64,000 bases of DNA from an uncultured Chloroflexia bacterium (GTDB lineage Bacteria; Chloroflexota; Limnocylindria; QHBO01): contig CAVQTN010000002.1 of assembly GCA_963716585.1 (NCBI GenBank), positions 783,906 through 847,905 on the forward strand, written 5' to 3'. The notes beneath the pieces were generated by a model. It searched no databases. It was given only the letters and a program-made list of their open reading frames with translations, and was not told the DNA's origin. Of this stretch, positions 31,130 through 41,064 are shown in pieces. Within the stretch, counting starts at the first letter, position 1. Each line of letters begins with the position of its first letter. The position numbers were made by a program, and so were the translations under genes.

Positions 31130-33091
31130 CTAGCGAGCGTTACGCATGGCCGGGACGAACAGGCCGCTGAAGCCGGCCAACGCGCAGATGACGCCGCCCA
31201 GGATCATGACCCCCGGCGCGCCGATCAGCTCGGCCAGGAAGCCGGCGCCGGCCATGCACAGCGACATGACGCCGAAGACGAGCGCCTGGCGGGTCGAGAT
31301 GACGCGGCCCATCAGCCGCTGCGGCGTCCGCTCCTGGAAGAGGGTGATGGTCGGCACCAGCCAGACCACGTTGAAGGCCCCAACCCAGAAGAAGGCAAGC
31401 AGCGCCAGGATCGGATCGCGCGTCGTGCCGGCCGCGGCCAGCGACAGGCCCATCCCGATGAACCCGGCGATCGTCAGCGCTCCCTTGCTCCAGCGCTTCG
31501 GCAGCTGGCCCAGCAGGATGCCGGACACCACGCTGCCCAGCCCCAGCGACGCCATCAAGAGCGAGTAGTTCTCCGGGAACTTGATCGTCGAATGATCGAG
31601 CGTGGTCTGGGCGTAGATCAGCGAGCCAACGATCTCGGCTGCCACCGCGATCTGCGCGACGGTGCTCACCAGCGTGTTGCTCAACAGCTCGGCCTGGTGG
31701 AGCAGGAAGCGCCAGCCCTCGACCATGTCGTGCCACAGCGACCCCGGAGCGATCGCCTCCCCATCAGCCGAGTCGCGGTAGTGGACGACGATCGACCAGA
31801 GCAGGAACGCGGAGACGAGGTAGGTCACCGAATCGAGCACGAACGCGGCACCGATGAGCGCGCCGAGCGCGCCGACGATCACGCCGGCCACCGGATAGCC
31901 CAGCAGGTCCGCGATCGTCTCGTTGACGGTGCTCGCCGAGTTGGCGGTCACCAGCTCGTCTTTGCTGACGATCACCGGCACGAGCGCGTTCTTGGCCGGC
32001 CGGAACAGGAGGCTCACCGTCGCGACGGCGAACGCGATGAGGTAGACGAGCACGACGCTGACCTCGATCGCCAGCGGGACGAGCAGGACCAGCGCGGCCC
32101 TGATGACGTCGGAGATGATCATGGTGCGGCGGCGGTCCCATCGGTCCACGAGCGCGCCGGCCAGGGGACCGAGCAGCACGTTCGGCAGCGCGGTGGCGGC
32201 GAAGGTGATGCCGATGTCGACCGGCGTGCCTCGCATGACCAGCAGCGAGCCGAGCGCGATCTGGTGGATCCGATCGCCCATGAACGAGATCAGTTGCCCG
32301 GTCCACAGCAGCGAGAAGTTGCGGTTGCGGACGAGGCTGAGGTACGGCGACTGGGCCCGGACCCGCTTGCCGGGCAGGGCCTCGGCTGTGGGAACCGCCG
32401 CGCGCATCGGCCTGGCCGGGAAGGCCGTGGTGGTCGACATGGTCCCGGCCGCCGGACCGGAGAAGGCGAGCCCTGCCTGGAATGCGCCGGAAGCGGTCGG
32501 TCGCATGGGCGACGGCCCCAGCAGGAAGGCGGCGCGCAGCGGCGCATTGGCGCGGGTCATGGAGTACACGATGGCGCTGAAGATGCCCAGCGCCAGCAGC
32601 ACGTCCCCCACGCTCACCACGTCGCGGATGACGGGCAGCGGGAGCGGGATCACGTCGCCGAACAGGCCGCCATTCGCGACGAAGCCGGCGAGGCTGGTCG
32701 CCGGCACGAGCACGTGGAACGGGTCGTTGGCGATGTCGCCCAGGTGGAACCCGGCGGCGGCGAAGGCGCCCGACCAGATGGGCATCTGCCCTCCGTTGAG
32801 GACGACCGCCAGGGTGTTGAGGCCGATGCCGACGGCGGCGATCTGCAGGCCTGGCACGCGCCAGTTGCCGGCGAGCCAGACGAGGATCAGCAGATAGACG
32901 ACGACGAAGCCGATGCCCACCGGAAGGCCCGCGCCGAAGTCCGTCTGGCGCAGCACGGAGGCACCGATGCGGATGGCCAGCGCCAGCCCGAGCAGCCACC
33001 ACCACCGCAGCCGGAGCTGCGCAAGACGCGGTAGGCCTCCCCCCAGGAACGCCCCAACCACCAGCGCGAGGACGATCGCGCTAAGAAACAT
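31130..33091 (-). CDS. DUF5317-like membrane domain fused to an MFS transporter
   Basis: N-terminal ~190 aa has GG.L.RL..LRLR, N(W)RVPG, GIGLN..V..NGGQMP, GDVIPLP and VSVGD. C-terminal MFS has NRNFSLLWTGQLISFMGD, DRWDRRRTMI and QERTP..LMGRV. Confidence 0.8.
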   Translation of the reverse strand: MFLSAIVLALVVGAFLGGGLPRLAQLRLRWWWLLGLALAIRIGASVLRQTDFGAGLPVGIGFVVVYLLILVWLAGNWRVPGLQIAAVGIGLNTLAVVLNGGQMPIWSGAFAAAGFHLGDIANDPFHVLVPATSLAGFVANGGLFGDVIPLPLPVIRDVVSVGDVLLALGIFSAIVYSMTRANAPLRAAFLLGPSPMRPTASGAFQAGLAFSGPAAGTMSTTTAFPARPMRAAVPTAEALPGKRVRAQSPYLSLVRNRNFSLLWTGQLISFMGDRIHQIALGSLLVMRGTPVDIGITFAATALPNVLLGPLAGALVDRWDRRRTMIISDVIRAALVLLVPLAIEVSVVLVYLIAFAVATVSLLFRPAKNALVPVIVSKDELVTANSASTVNETIADLLGYPVAGVIVGALGALIGAAFVLDSVTYLVSAFLLWSIVVHYRDSADGEAIAPGSLWHDMVEGWRFLLHQAELLSNTLVSTVAQIAVAAEIVGSLIYAQTTLDHSTIKFPENYSLLMASLGLGSVVSGILLGQLPKRWSKGALTIAGFIGMGLSLAAAGTTRDPILALLAFFWVGAFNVVWLVPTITLFQERTPQRLMGRVISTRQALVFGVMSLCMAGAGFLAELIGAPGVMILGGVICALAGFSGLFVPAMRNAR

Positions 33092-34514
33092 CGTCGGCGA
33101 GTATCCGCCTCTTGGCTGGTGGCAGCTCCGTCGGCGTTGCCGCGGCCGCGGACGGCGGCAGCGCCTTGCGCTCGGGTTCGTCCGTCGGGCGGTCTCGCGG
33201 GTCGTCCTGGTGGCGCATGCTCGGCAGGTCGTCGTCGCGCTCCGCCGGACGGTCGAGGATGGACCGATCGAGCCCGATCAGGACCGGCACGATCTCCGGG
33301 TCGAACTGGATTCCCGAGTACTTGCGCAGCTCACCGATCGCCTGCTCGTGGGTCAGCGGGATCTTGCGATAGGGGCGCGAACTGGTCATGGCCTCGTACG
33401 CGTCGGCCACGCCCAGGATCCGCGCGCCGAGCTCGATGTCGAGAGCCTCGATACCGCTGGGGTAGCCGGACCCGTTGAACCATTCGTGGTGGTGCAGGAT
33501 CAGCGGCGCTTCCTTGGAGAGCTGGGTCGCCGGCCGGACGATCTCGGCGCCGATGAGCGGGTGCTGGTTCATGCGGAACCGCTCGTCCCTGTCCAACGGC
33601 CCCTCCTTGAGGAGGATGTGGTCGCGCACGCCGATCTTTCCGACGTCGTGCAGCAGCCCTGCCCACTTGATGATCTCGATTTCATTCTCCGGCAGGTTCA
33701 TGACGCGGCACATGGCCTCCGCGATGTCGCTCACCCGCTTGGAGTGGTTTCGGGTGTGCTCGTCGCGCGCATCGACGGCCATGGCCAGGGCCTTGATCGT
33801 CTGCTCGAAGAGCTCCCGCGTCTCGACGTAACGGTGATAGGCGAGCCTGGTGGTGAACAGCGGCACGACGAAGAGTGGCGTGGCCCACCATCCGATGCCG
33901 TTGGGAAGTTGGAAGATCTCGGCCATCAACCATCCGAGTGGAGCGAGGCCAATGAGGCTCAGCGCCACCGCGCTAACGTCCTGGGCCCAAATCGTCTTTA
34001 TCGCCGCTCCAGTTCGAACGGCCACTGCGACAACCGCGAGGATCCAGCCGACGACGTAGAAGACTGCCGCCGCGAGAATTAGCGCCCCGAAGCGCGCAAT
34101 TCCAACGATCGATGGGTCCGCGCTGGCGGTCGCCGCGTGGATCAGTTCATAGACGGATGCACCAACGACGACTGCCAACACCAGTGCGGCATGGTTATAG
34201 AGGGTGCCGTACCAAGGAACTTTGCCGCGCGCCTCGCGGGGGTCCGTCGTCCCGATAGCTGTAACGACTGCAGCCGCTAGAGGACCACCAAGAACCACCG
34301 CCGCCAAAATGGGCGCCGCGCTCACTGACGCAACAGTGCCTTGTGGCAGCCGCACCGGCATCGCAGCGCCGAGTAGCGTCAGGGCGATCCAAAAGGCGAG
34401 GCCTTCCCAGCCTGCGATCTGCGGTCGCACCGGAAACAGCAGAACAGCCGCCACGATCGCAACGATCGCGGCGGCTGTCGTAACGAGAACTAGACGGCGG
34501 ACAGACTGGCTCAC
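33081..34514 (-). CDS. Membrane-sensor HD-GYP c-di-GMP phosphodiesterase
   Basis: About 7 N-terminal TM helices; DARD..T..HS.RV, LLHDVGK, HP..GA, HHHEWFNGSGYP, ADAYEAMTSSRPYRK and QFDP motifs. Confidence 0.92.
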   Translation of the reverse strand: MSQSVRRLVLVTTAAAIVAIVAAVLLFPVRPQIAGWEGLAFWIALTLLGAAMPVRLPQGTVASVSAAPILAAVVLGGPLAAAVVTAIGTTDPREARGKVPWYGTLYNHAALVLAVVVGASVYELIHAATASADPSIVGIARFGALILAAAVFYVVGWILAVVAVAVRTGAAIKTIWAQDVSAVALSLIGLAPLGWLMAEIFQLPNGIGWWATPLFVVPLFTTRLAYHRYVETRELFEQTIKALAMAVDARDEHTRNHSKRVSDIAEAMCRVMNLPENEIEIIKWAGLLHDVGKIGVRDHILLKEGPLDRDERFRMNQHPLIGAEIVRPATQLSKEAPLILHHHEWFNGSGYPSGIEALDIELGARILGVADAYEAMTSSRPYRKIPLTHEQAIGELRKYSGIQFDPEIVPVLIGLDRSILDRPAERDDDLPSMRHQDDPRDRPTDEPERKALPPSAAAATPTELPPAKRRILADDVS

Positions 34515-34565
34515 TGGCCTGCTTGCAGCCCCGCTGCGGTTAGGACGGCGAGTCTATCATGCACC

Positions 34566-34664
34566 TCACCAGCCCTTGAAACTTGCTCCCCCGGCCAAGG
34601 CCAGCGTTACGAGCGCTCCAAGGGTGGCCAGCAGTGCGCTGAGTCTGATGCGAAATGTCCGCAT
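34566..34664 (-). CDS. 32-aa putative signalling-peptide precursor MRTFRIRLSALLATLGALVTLALAGGASFKGW
   Basis: Manual translation; ATG at 34664 with GGAG RBS; basic N-terminus, hydrophobic core and GGASFKGW tail; stop 51 nt before the HD-GYP start. Not in the ORF track. Confidence 0.8.
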   Translation of the reverse strand: MRTFRIRLSALLATLGALVTLALAGGASFKGW

Positions 34665-34688
34665 GCCGGTCTCCGTTTAGGGTTGGTG

Positions 34689-34718
34689 CTACCAGCCCTT
34701 AAGAATTTCTTTAGCCAT
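34689..34718 (-). CDS. 9-aa mini-ORF MAKEILKGW
   Basis: atg gct aaa gaa att ctt aag ggc tgg tag, preceded by AGAGGG; shares the KGW-stop end with the 32-aa peptide. Confidence 0.35.
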   Translation of the reverse strand: MAKEILKGW

Positions 34719-34929
34719 CAGAAGGTGCCCTCTTCTGTACGGAACCACATACAACCGACACACTCCGTGACGGAACGGTCGGTTGCACTACACGCTCCCC
34801 AGCTGCCCAAGTGCCCACTTTCAGCGGCTGGATCACCGCACCGAGTGTTAGTCTGCCGACCTAGTGTCTCGATAGGCCGAAAGTACTACGATCAGAGCCA
34901 GAACCATAATCGGTACATCCCCACTTGGT

Positions 34930-37900
34930 CAAGAGGTAACCCCGTAGGCAGTCGCGAAATAATCAACAAGTAGATGTACAGCCCACGCCTCGTGGCGAGC
35001 ATGCAGCGCGGCTTCAACTCCGTCCGAGGGAGGCTCATCGAGTTCGTCACGCAACTTGCAGCGTAAATCGAACGACGACTTCTCGTGCAACCGAGCGCTG
35101 TCCAGTGGCGGCCAGCTGACCAGCCATGGCGAAGGTCGCCTTCTCATCAAATTCGTCGAGAAGTGTCAGCGCGCTGCGCTGCACGGACCGACAAGATCCG
35201 GTGAATCACCGCCTCCCTTGATGCGAGCGGCAGCAGGGCATCGCGGACCTCCGCATGAATGCAGATCTCGATACTGCTGCATCCATTCCTCGTATTTGAG
35301 ATCAGACCAGGAATTCGCCGCGGACATGATCGACCATTGCCTCGGCAAGTTCGCCTCGCTCGACGGAGAGCCGACGCTTGAGCGTCCGCGCGCATGAGTC
35401 CGAAATCGTCCAAGTCCGAGTCTGAACAAGATCCGGGTTCAGCTGGAGAGTCGGCCGTCGAGATAAGGTACTGGGGGGTCTCCCCGTCACGGTGCTCGGG
35501 GTTGAGGACTCGGCGCAGCTGAGAAACAGACTGATTCAGGCTGTTAACGGCAGCACGGGATCCAGCCTCCGGCCACAGCAAGTCAAGGCTGCGTCTCCGC
35601 GACAGAACCTGTCGGCTGTGGACAACCAGAGAGACCGAGCAGTGCTCGTAGCCGGCGCTTGTCAACGGTCGTCGCGGGGCCATTTCGGTCGCCGCGCTGG
35701 ATATCAGTGAGCCGAACGCACGAATGTAGATCCCGTGCGGCCAGCTGTTGATGTGTCGTCGCGCGCGAGCGACGTCCTCGCCGGGGATGTCACCCATGCG
35801 GCTCAGCGTTGCCTTGCTGGCAAATCTGACAACAGCTGCAGGAGACGTTGTCGTCTTTCGCCAGGAGGCTCGGCAGGAGCGCTAGCAGCGGCACGCGCCA
35901 GTATTCCGGGTCGGCTTCGAGGAAGCGGACCAGAAGACCAATGCTCACTGTCCAAGTCGACTACCAGGAAGTCGGGATGACGGCCATACTCACGAATCCA
36001 GAAGCGTAAGGTACGCAAGAAGCCCAGCGTCGACGGATCGCTCGAGCCATAGCGAAACGCACTTCTCGAGCCCACGCGAGCCCCTGATGTTCCAGGGCAG
36101 AGGGACCAAGCTTGACATGGCCGATGACAGCCGGAAGCGTCGCGCCCTTGTCGCGCCAGAAATTCAGACGTTGTGGCGGACAACTGGCACCCTCCGCGAC
36201 AGCGGGTGCTCCTGTGATTCGCCAAGGCCTTCGCGGTTGATACTCGCGGGGCCAGCCGAGGATCGCGCGGTCCTCCCTGGACAGCGCCAGAAATGGGTCT
36301 CTCATCGTCGCTCGCATCGGCGCCGCGATAGATACAAGGTCTCGATCAGAAGGACCGGACGCCTCCATGCGACGGTTCCTCGAGTTGCGCGGGATGAGCT
36401 AGGACTGCTGCAGATGGTCAACGGCCTCGCGAATCTCCCCTGCTGAACTCTGGACAGCTGCGTGCGCAATTGTGCCTCTGCATGCGGTCTCGGCCAAGGC
36501 CGGGTATTGCTGCAACCTGGCTGCGCCGCCTGCTCTGCCCGGCGAATATCGTTCGAGCATTAGCAGGTTATGCGTCAAGTTCGTTGTTATCTGCGAACGG
36601 ACTGGCTGGCAGATCAGACCAGAGACCGGCGGCCTTCTCAAGGCTGATTAAGCTCTTCGCGCAGCCGACCCATGTGCCGATAGGCAACGCCGAGATTGTG
36701 GAACGCGATTGCTGCGAAATGATCCCAGCCAGCCGTCGTCGCTTCAGCTGCGATGCGCATGCACACTCGCGCGACCGCGGCCAGGCCTTCGTTGAGCCAA
36801 GTGGACGTGATCGCCACGTTGCCATCAAGCCGGAGCTTCAGGGCGCGAGCGTCATCAGGTACCAGCTGGAGCCCCTCTTGAGCCATCTGCGCGCTGTTGC
36901 CGACGTCTCCCTGGTTGTGATAGACCGAACTCTGCTTGAGGCACGCCAGCGCCTCCATCCGTCGGTCGCCCTTGCGAGCGAAGAAGCTCCGCGCTCGGGC
37001 AAGTGCGGCGAGCGATCCCTCGAACTCGCCACGCATCCCCAATGCCTCGCCGTGAAGCAGACTCAGGCGTGCGTTGTCGTGGATGGTCTTGGCCGGCAGC
37101 TGCTGCAGCCACTCGTCCACGAGCCCCAGCCGACCCTCCGACACGACGTCCTCGCCGTATTTCGCGATCAACCGCGCGGCCTGTGGCTGCAACCCGGCGC
37201 GCAGATAGTGATGGATCGCCTGCGGCCACTCCTCGTGCGTCTCGAAGTACGAGGCAGCATGGATATGGAGCCCGATGACCTCGGTATCGGGCCGCTCCAT
37301 GATCAGCCGGCGCTCCAGGAACTCGCGGAAGAGGTTGTGGTACCGATATCGCGCGTCGTCCGGGCCGAGCCGGTACGTAAATAGCCCGAGCTGCTCGAGG
37401 TCGGCAAGCTGGCGTGCGCCGTCGTGGACGCCGGTGAGGCGCTCGGCGAGGTCAGGGTTGATGCGCTGCAGGATCGATGTGCAGAGCAGGAAGTTTCGCG
37501 TCTGATCGGGCTGCTGGTCAAGAACCTCTTCGGCCAGGAACTCGAAGAGATCGCTGTCCGTGGTGGCGGTGATCGACTGGATGAACTCGCGCCGCGCCTC
37601 CGGTGTCTTGCGTTCGCGCAGCGAGACTTCGACAAGCTGCAGGCTCGCAGCCCAGCCCTCGGTCCGACGCTCGAGCTCCACCAACTCGGTCGGGTCCAGT
37701 GGATCGTGGTAGACGTCGCGGAAGAGATCGTCGATCTCGACGTCCGTGAATCGCAGCGCGTTGGTCCTGAGCTCCTGGTAGCCACTGTGGGTCTTGAATC
37801 GGGCAAACTGCAGCTGCGGCTTGGCGCGCGAGGCGAAGACGAAGCGGCAGCTCGGCGGCGCGTCCCGCAGGATCTGGTTCCAGAGGCCGCGGACCTCCGT

Positions 37901-38407
37901 GACGCTGGCGACGTACTGCCAGTCGTCGATGATGAAGGTGCATGGCTCGGTCAGGGTGTCGTGCATCTCCGACAGCAGGTAGGCAGCGACGCCGGGGCGG
38001 CTGGATCCGGGGCCTCCCAGCTGCTGAAGCATGCTGTGCGCCCGATGTCCGAAACCCGGATGGCGCTTGCTGATCGCCTCGATCAGATAGCTGATATGGA
38101 GCGTCCAGTCGCGATCGTTGCGGTCGAGCTTGTACCAGTAGCACGGGAAAGCGACTTCGCGCTCCCACTGCCAGAGGAGGGTCGTCTTTCCATAACCGGC
38201 GCCCGCCGCAACGACCATGGCGCGGCAGGTGGATCCGGCATCGAGCCAATCGAGGAGCCTCGGACGCCGCAGCAGGGGCGTCACGTAGTGCGGCGGCTCG
38301 ACCTTGTTCTGGATGAGCGGGTAGGCGTACTTGATGTCCGACAACGACGCACCCTTCCTCCAAGGGCCAAGAGCATACGCAGCGCCGCTTATCGGCGCAT
38401 TACTCAC
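34930..38407 (-). CDS. Large MalT-like (STAND ATPase + TPR) regulator with a C-terminal SARP/BTAD-like region; frameshifted below ~36640
   Basis: RRPRLLDWL, AGAGYGKTTLL, IIDDWQ, RTEGWAASLQL, LFEFLAEEVL and YRYHNLFREFL; distal fragments IRAFG, LDLLWPEA..AAVNSLNQSVSQLRRVL. 3' boundary approximate. Confidence 0.8.
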
Positions 38408-38419
38408 GCCTTAGTTCGG

Positions 38420-38428
38420 TGTGGATAA
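38420..38428 (-). promoter_or_regulatory. Perfect DnaA box (TTATCCACA) in the divergent regulator/folK promoter
   Basis: tgtggataa on the + strand. Confidence 0.5.
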
Positions 38429-38467
38429 GTCCCGGGGCATCCGCCGATGGGCTAGAGTGCGCGCGCC

Positions 38468-39004
38468 ATGCGTGCATTCATCGGTCTGGGCGGGAATCAG
38501 GGCGACACCGCTGCGGCGTTCGCCAGCGCCGTGCGGGCGCTGCACGGCATCGGGCAGGTGGCCAGGGCCTCCTCGCTGTACACCAGTGCACCGCGCGACG
38601 TCTTCGACCAGCCGGACTTCAGCAACGCCGCCGTCGAGCTCGAGACGGAGCTCTCGCCGCAGGATCTGCTGCTGGCACTCAAGCGCCTGGAGCTGTCGAT
38701 GGGCCGCGACCCGCAGGGGCTGCGCTTCGGACCGCGGGTCATCGACCTGGACATCCTGAGCCTTGACGGCCGATGCGTCGAAGACCTGGAGCTCGACCTC
38801 ATCGTGCCGCACCCGCGCCTGCACGAGCGCCGATTCGCCCTGGAGCCGCTCGCCGAGCTTGCGCCATCACTGCAGCCGTGGCGGGGATGCGCTGATGTGC
38901 GGCGGGACGTGACGGTCGCCGACCTGCTGCCGAGCGTCGCTGAGCAGAGCGTCACGCGCGTGGTTGGCCCCGAGTGGGCGGATCCGACACCGCTCGGGGA
39001 CTAG
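38468..39004 (+). CDS. folK: 2-amino-4-hydroxy-6-hydroxymethyldihydropteridine diphosphokinase
   Basis: IGLGGNQGD, QPDFSNA, GPRVIDLDIL and PHPRLHERRFALEPL motifs. Confidence 0.95.
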   Translation: MRAFIGLGGNQGDTAAAFASAVRALHGIGQVARASSLYTSAPRDVFDQPDFSNAAVELETELSPQDLLLALKRLELSMGRDPQGLRFGPRVIDLDILSLDGRCVEDLELDLIVPHPRLHERRFALEPLAELAPSLQPWRGCADVRRDVTVADLLPSVAEQSVTRVVGPEWADPTPLGD

Positions 39005-39039
39005 CTGCGCGGCTCATCGAGGAGCGCTTCCGCTGCCAC

Positions 39040-39430
39040 GCGCCGGTTGGTCAAAAGACGGCGTGAGCAGCGTTGGTCCGGCCGAGGCGGCCGCGCGAGG
39101 GGGGCTGGCATCGATTTCACGCTCAGCAGACGGCGATTCGACAGGCCTCCATGGCCCTTGGACGGTCTAACGCGCGGCACACCGACATATGACACGTCGC
39201 GACCGGCACCGAGTGAATGTCGCGCCACAGCGAAGCAGCGCGAGCCTCGTCTGCGGGCGCCACTTGTCAGATGGCGGCGTGATCAGCGTTCGACCCGCCG
39301 CGGCTCCGGCCGACCTTGAACCGGACGCCGTTTCACGCTCACGTTTGGCGGATTGCGACGGTTACAACCCATTGACGGGTCTAACGCGCCGCACGGCGAC
39401 ATGGGACCAGTCGGCTTGCTCGAGAGTCAT
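39040..39430. repeat. Diverged tandem duplication, unit ~215 bp
   Basis: ggcgtga.cagcgtt at 39061/39276; tttcacgctca at 39115/39331; gtctaacgcgc.gcac..cgacat at 39165/39379. Confidence 0.7.
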
Positions 39431-39522
39431 CTCTAGCGCGGGCGGCCCTTGACGGCGGTCTCCGGGGAGCCGCTATCGCCTGGCGCTGCGGCGGCTCATT
39501 ATTCTAGACAGCCTTCGCGATC

Positions 39523-39790
39523 ATGATGCCGGCCCAAATTGTCGCGGGAGCTGGTGGGTTGCCCGTAACCGATGAGGATCTCGATCTCCTGGAGCGCTTG
39601 GCTGCCAGCCCGTCACAGTCCGCGATCGCCGACCAGCTCGACGTCAGTATCGAGACGGTCAAAGTGCGAGTTGCGCGGTTGTATCGACACCTCGCGGCCC
39701 GGAATCGGGCAGAGGCTCTGGCGATTCGTGGTCGCTTCGGCAAATGCGCGACGATCGGTTACCTCCTCTTTGACAGGCCCGTTGGCGTCG
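39523..39790 (+). CDS. Small LuxR-type HTH regulator (3' end uncertain, likely frameshifted)
   Basis: VTDEDLDLLERLA..SQSAIADQLDVSIETVKVRVARLYRHLAARNRAEA. Confidence 0.7.
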
Positions 39791-39804
39791 AGCATCGGAT
39801 AGAG

Positions 39805-41064
39805 TCACCTCTTTTCAGGCAGGGGCGCCCACTCGAGAATGAGCTCACTACCTTCCGCCGCCGGCGAGTGAGCCCAGGTGATCAGTCCCCCGGCGACGTG
39901 TGGACGGACGTAGACCTCTCGTCCAGCGGCCGGGAATTCCTTCAGCTTCACCGCCTTGTCTGCGATCAGGTCGTAGAGGAAGAGGCGCGTGGGATCGATT
40001 ACGTCGGCCGCCAAGAATCTGTCATCGAGCGACGGGTTATTGACCATCGCCTCGTCTCCGAACGCAATCGGCCGCGCCACGCGTGAGGCCAGCGAGTACA
40101 GCATGAGCGTGCCTCGCTCGAGCACGTTGTCCGGGCTCTCCTTCCAAACGACATTGTCACCGCTGATGTCGGGCATCGATGCGTTTCCCGTCACATCGAG
40201 CTGCCGGGGCTTAGTGGCCGGAGCGCCGAGGTCGCGCAGGTATACGTGCCGCTTGATGCTTGTCGCACTCGTCTCGATGGACCCATAGACGAGGTGGTCT
40301 CCATCCAAAGCGGGGAACCAATGCTCGAACCTATTGAGTGGTTGGCTGTCGATGATCTCCGGTTTGGTGCTCGGAAGGCTCGCCATTGACAGCTCGCTGC
40401 GTGGCCCCTCCGCCCGCTGGTGAAAGGCTGTCCAGACGAGCCTGTCACCGTCGAGTGCAATGAACGGGTATGGCCCCTGGACGCCATCCGCACCGTCGGA
40501 TTTGTCAACCAACACGGGGTCCGTTCCGGGTTCTGCGACGTACCACAGGCGCCACGCGCCCGGTTCCGCCTCGGCATCAGTCTCGACCACGGCCACATGC
40601 TTGCCGCTGACGGCGATTGGGGAGGCTGTCGCGCGCCGATCCGAGCTCTCGAAGACCTTGCGCGGATCAGTACCTCCGATGAGGTACTGATAGACGTCGG
40701 GTGCCACGCCGGGACCGGCATCCGCTCCAGTCGACCAGACGATGCTCGAGCCGTCGGTAGCGACGTCGAGCAGCGGTGTCGTGAATTTCTCTGGGATCTG
40801 CTGGACATCGAGGCTGACGCCTCCAAGGGCAGGTGTGTCGACAGCACTCGAGCTTGCGCTAGGAACTGCCGGCGCAGTCGAGTGCCGCGGGCCTGGCGGC
40901 TCGCGCTGGCCGCATGCCACGAGCAAGATCAGAATCGCGAGGAGGGCGGAGCCTCGTGCCGACGCCTTCCTCGGATGTTCTACCAAACTAGACTGCTCGA
41001 GTTCCTGGCATTGACGTAGTGCATGTCGAGCGTGGATCAGAGTAGTTGCCCGTGCTTCCGCCAA
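39805..41064 (-). CDS. Putative lipoprotein with a beta-propeller (TolB-like) region; true start probably near 40984
   Basis: Lipobox LILLVAC; repeated P.L/I.GD..VW units. Confidence 0.6.
   Translation of the reverse strand: MAEARATTLIHARHALRQCQELEQSSLVEHPRKASARGSALLAILILLVACGQREPPGPRHSTAPAVPSASSSAVDTPALGGVSLDVQQIPEKFTTPLLDVATDGSSIVWSTGADAGPGVAPDVYQYLIGGTDPRKVFESSDRRATASPIAVSGKHVAVVETDAEAEPGAWRLWYVAEPGTDPVLVDKSDGADGVQGPYPFIALDGDRLVWTAFHQRAEGPRSELSMASLPSTKPEIIDSQPLNRFEHWFPALDGDHLVYGSIETSATSIKRHVYLRDLGAPATKPRQLDVTGNASMPDISGDNVVWKESPDNVLERGTLMLYSLASRVARPIAFGDEAMVNNPSLDDRFLAADVIDPTRLFLYDLIADKAVKLKEFPAAGREVYVRPHVAGGLITWAHSPAAEGSELILEWAPLPEKR

Noticed and set aside
34665-34930. c-di-GMP riboswitch upstream of the HD-GYP operon
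   Set aside because: Hairpins are present, but I could not find class I (GNRA tetraloop/receptor) or class II consensus elements by eye.
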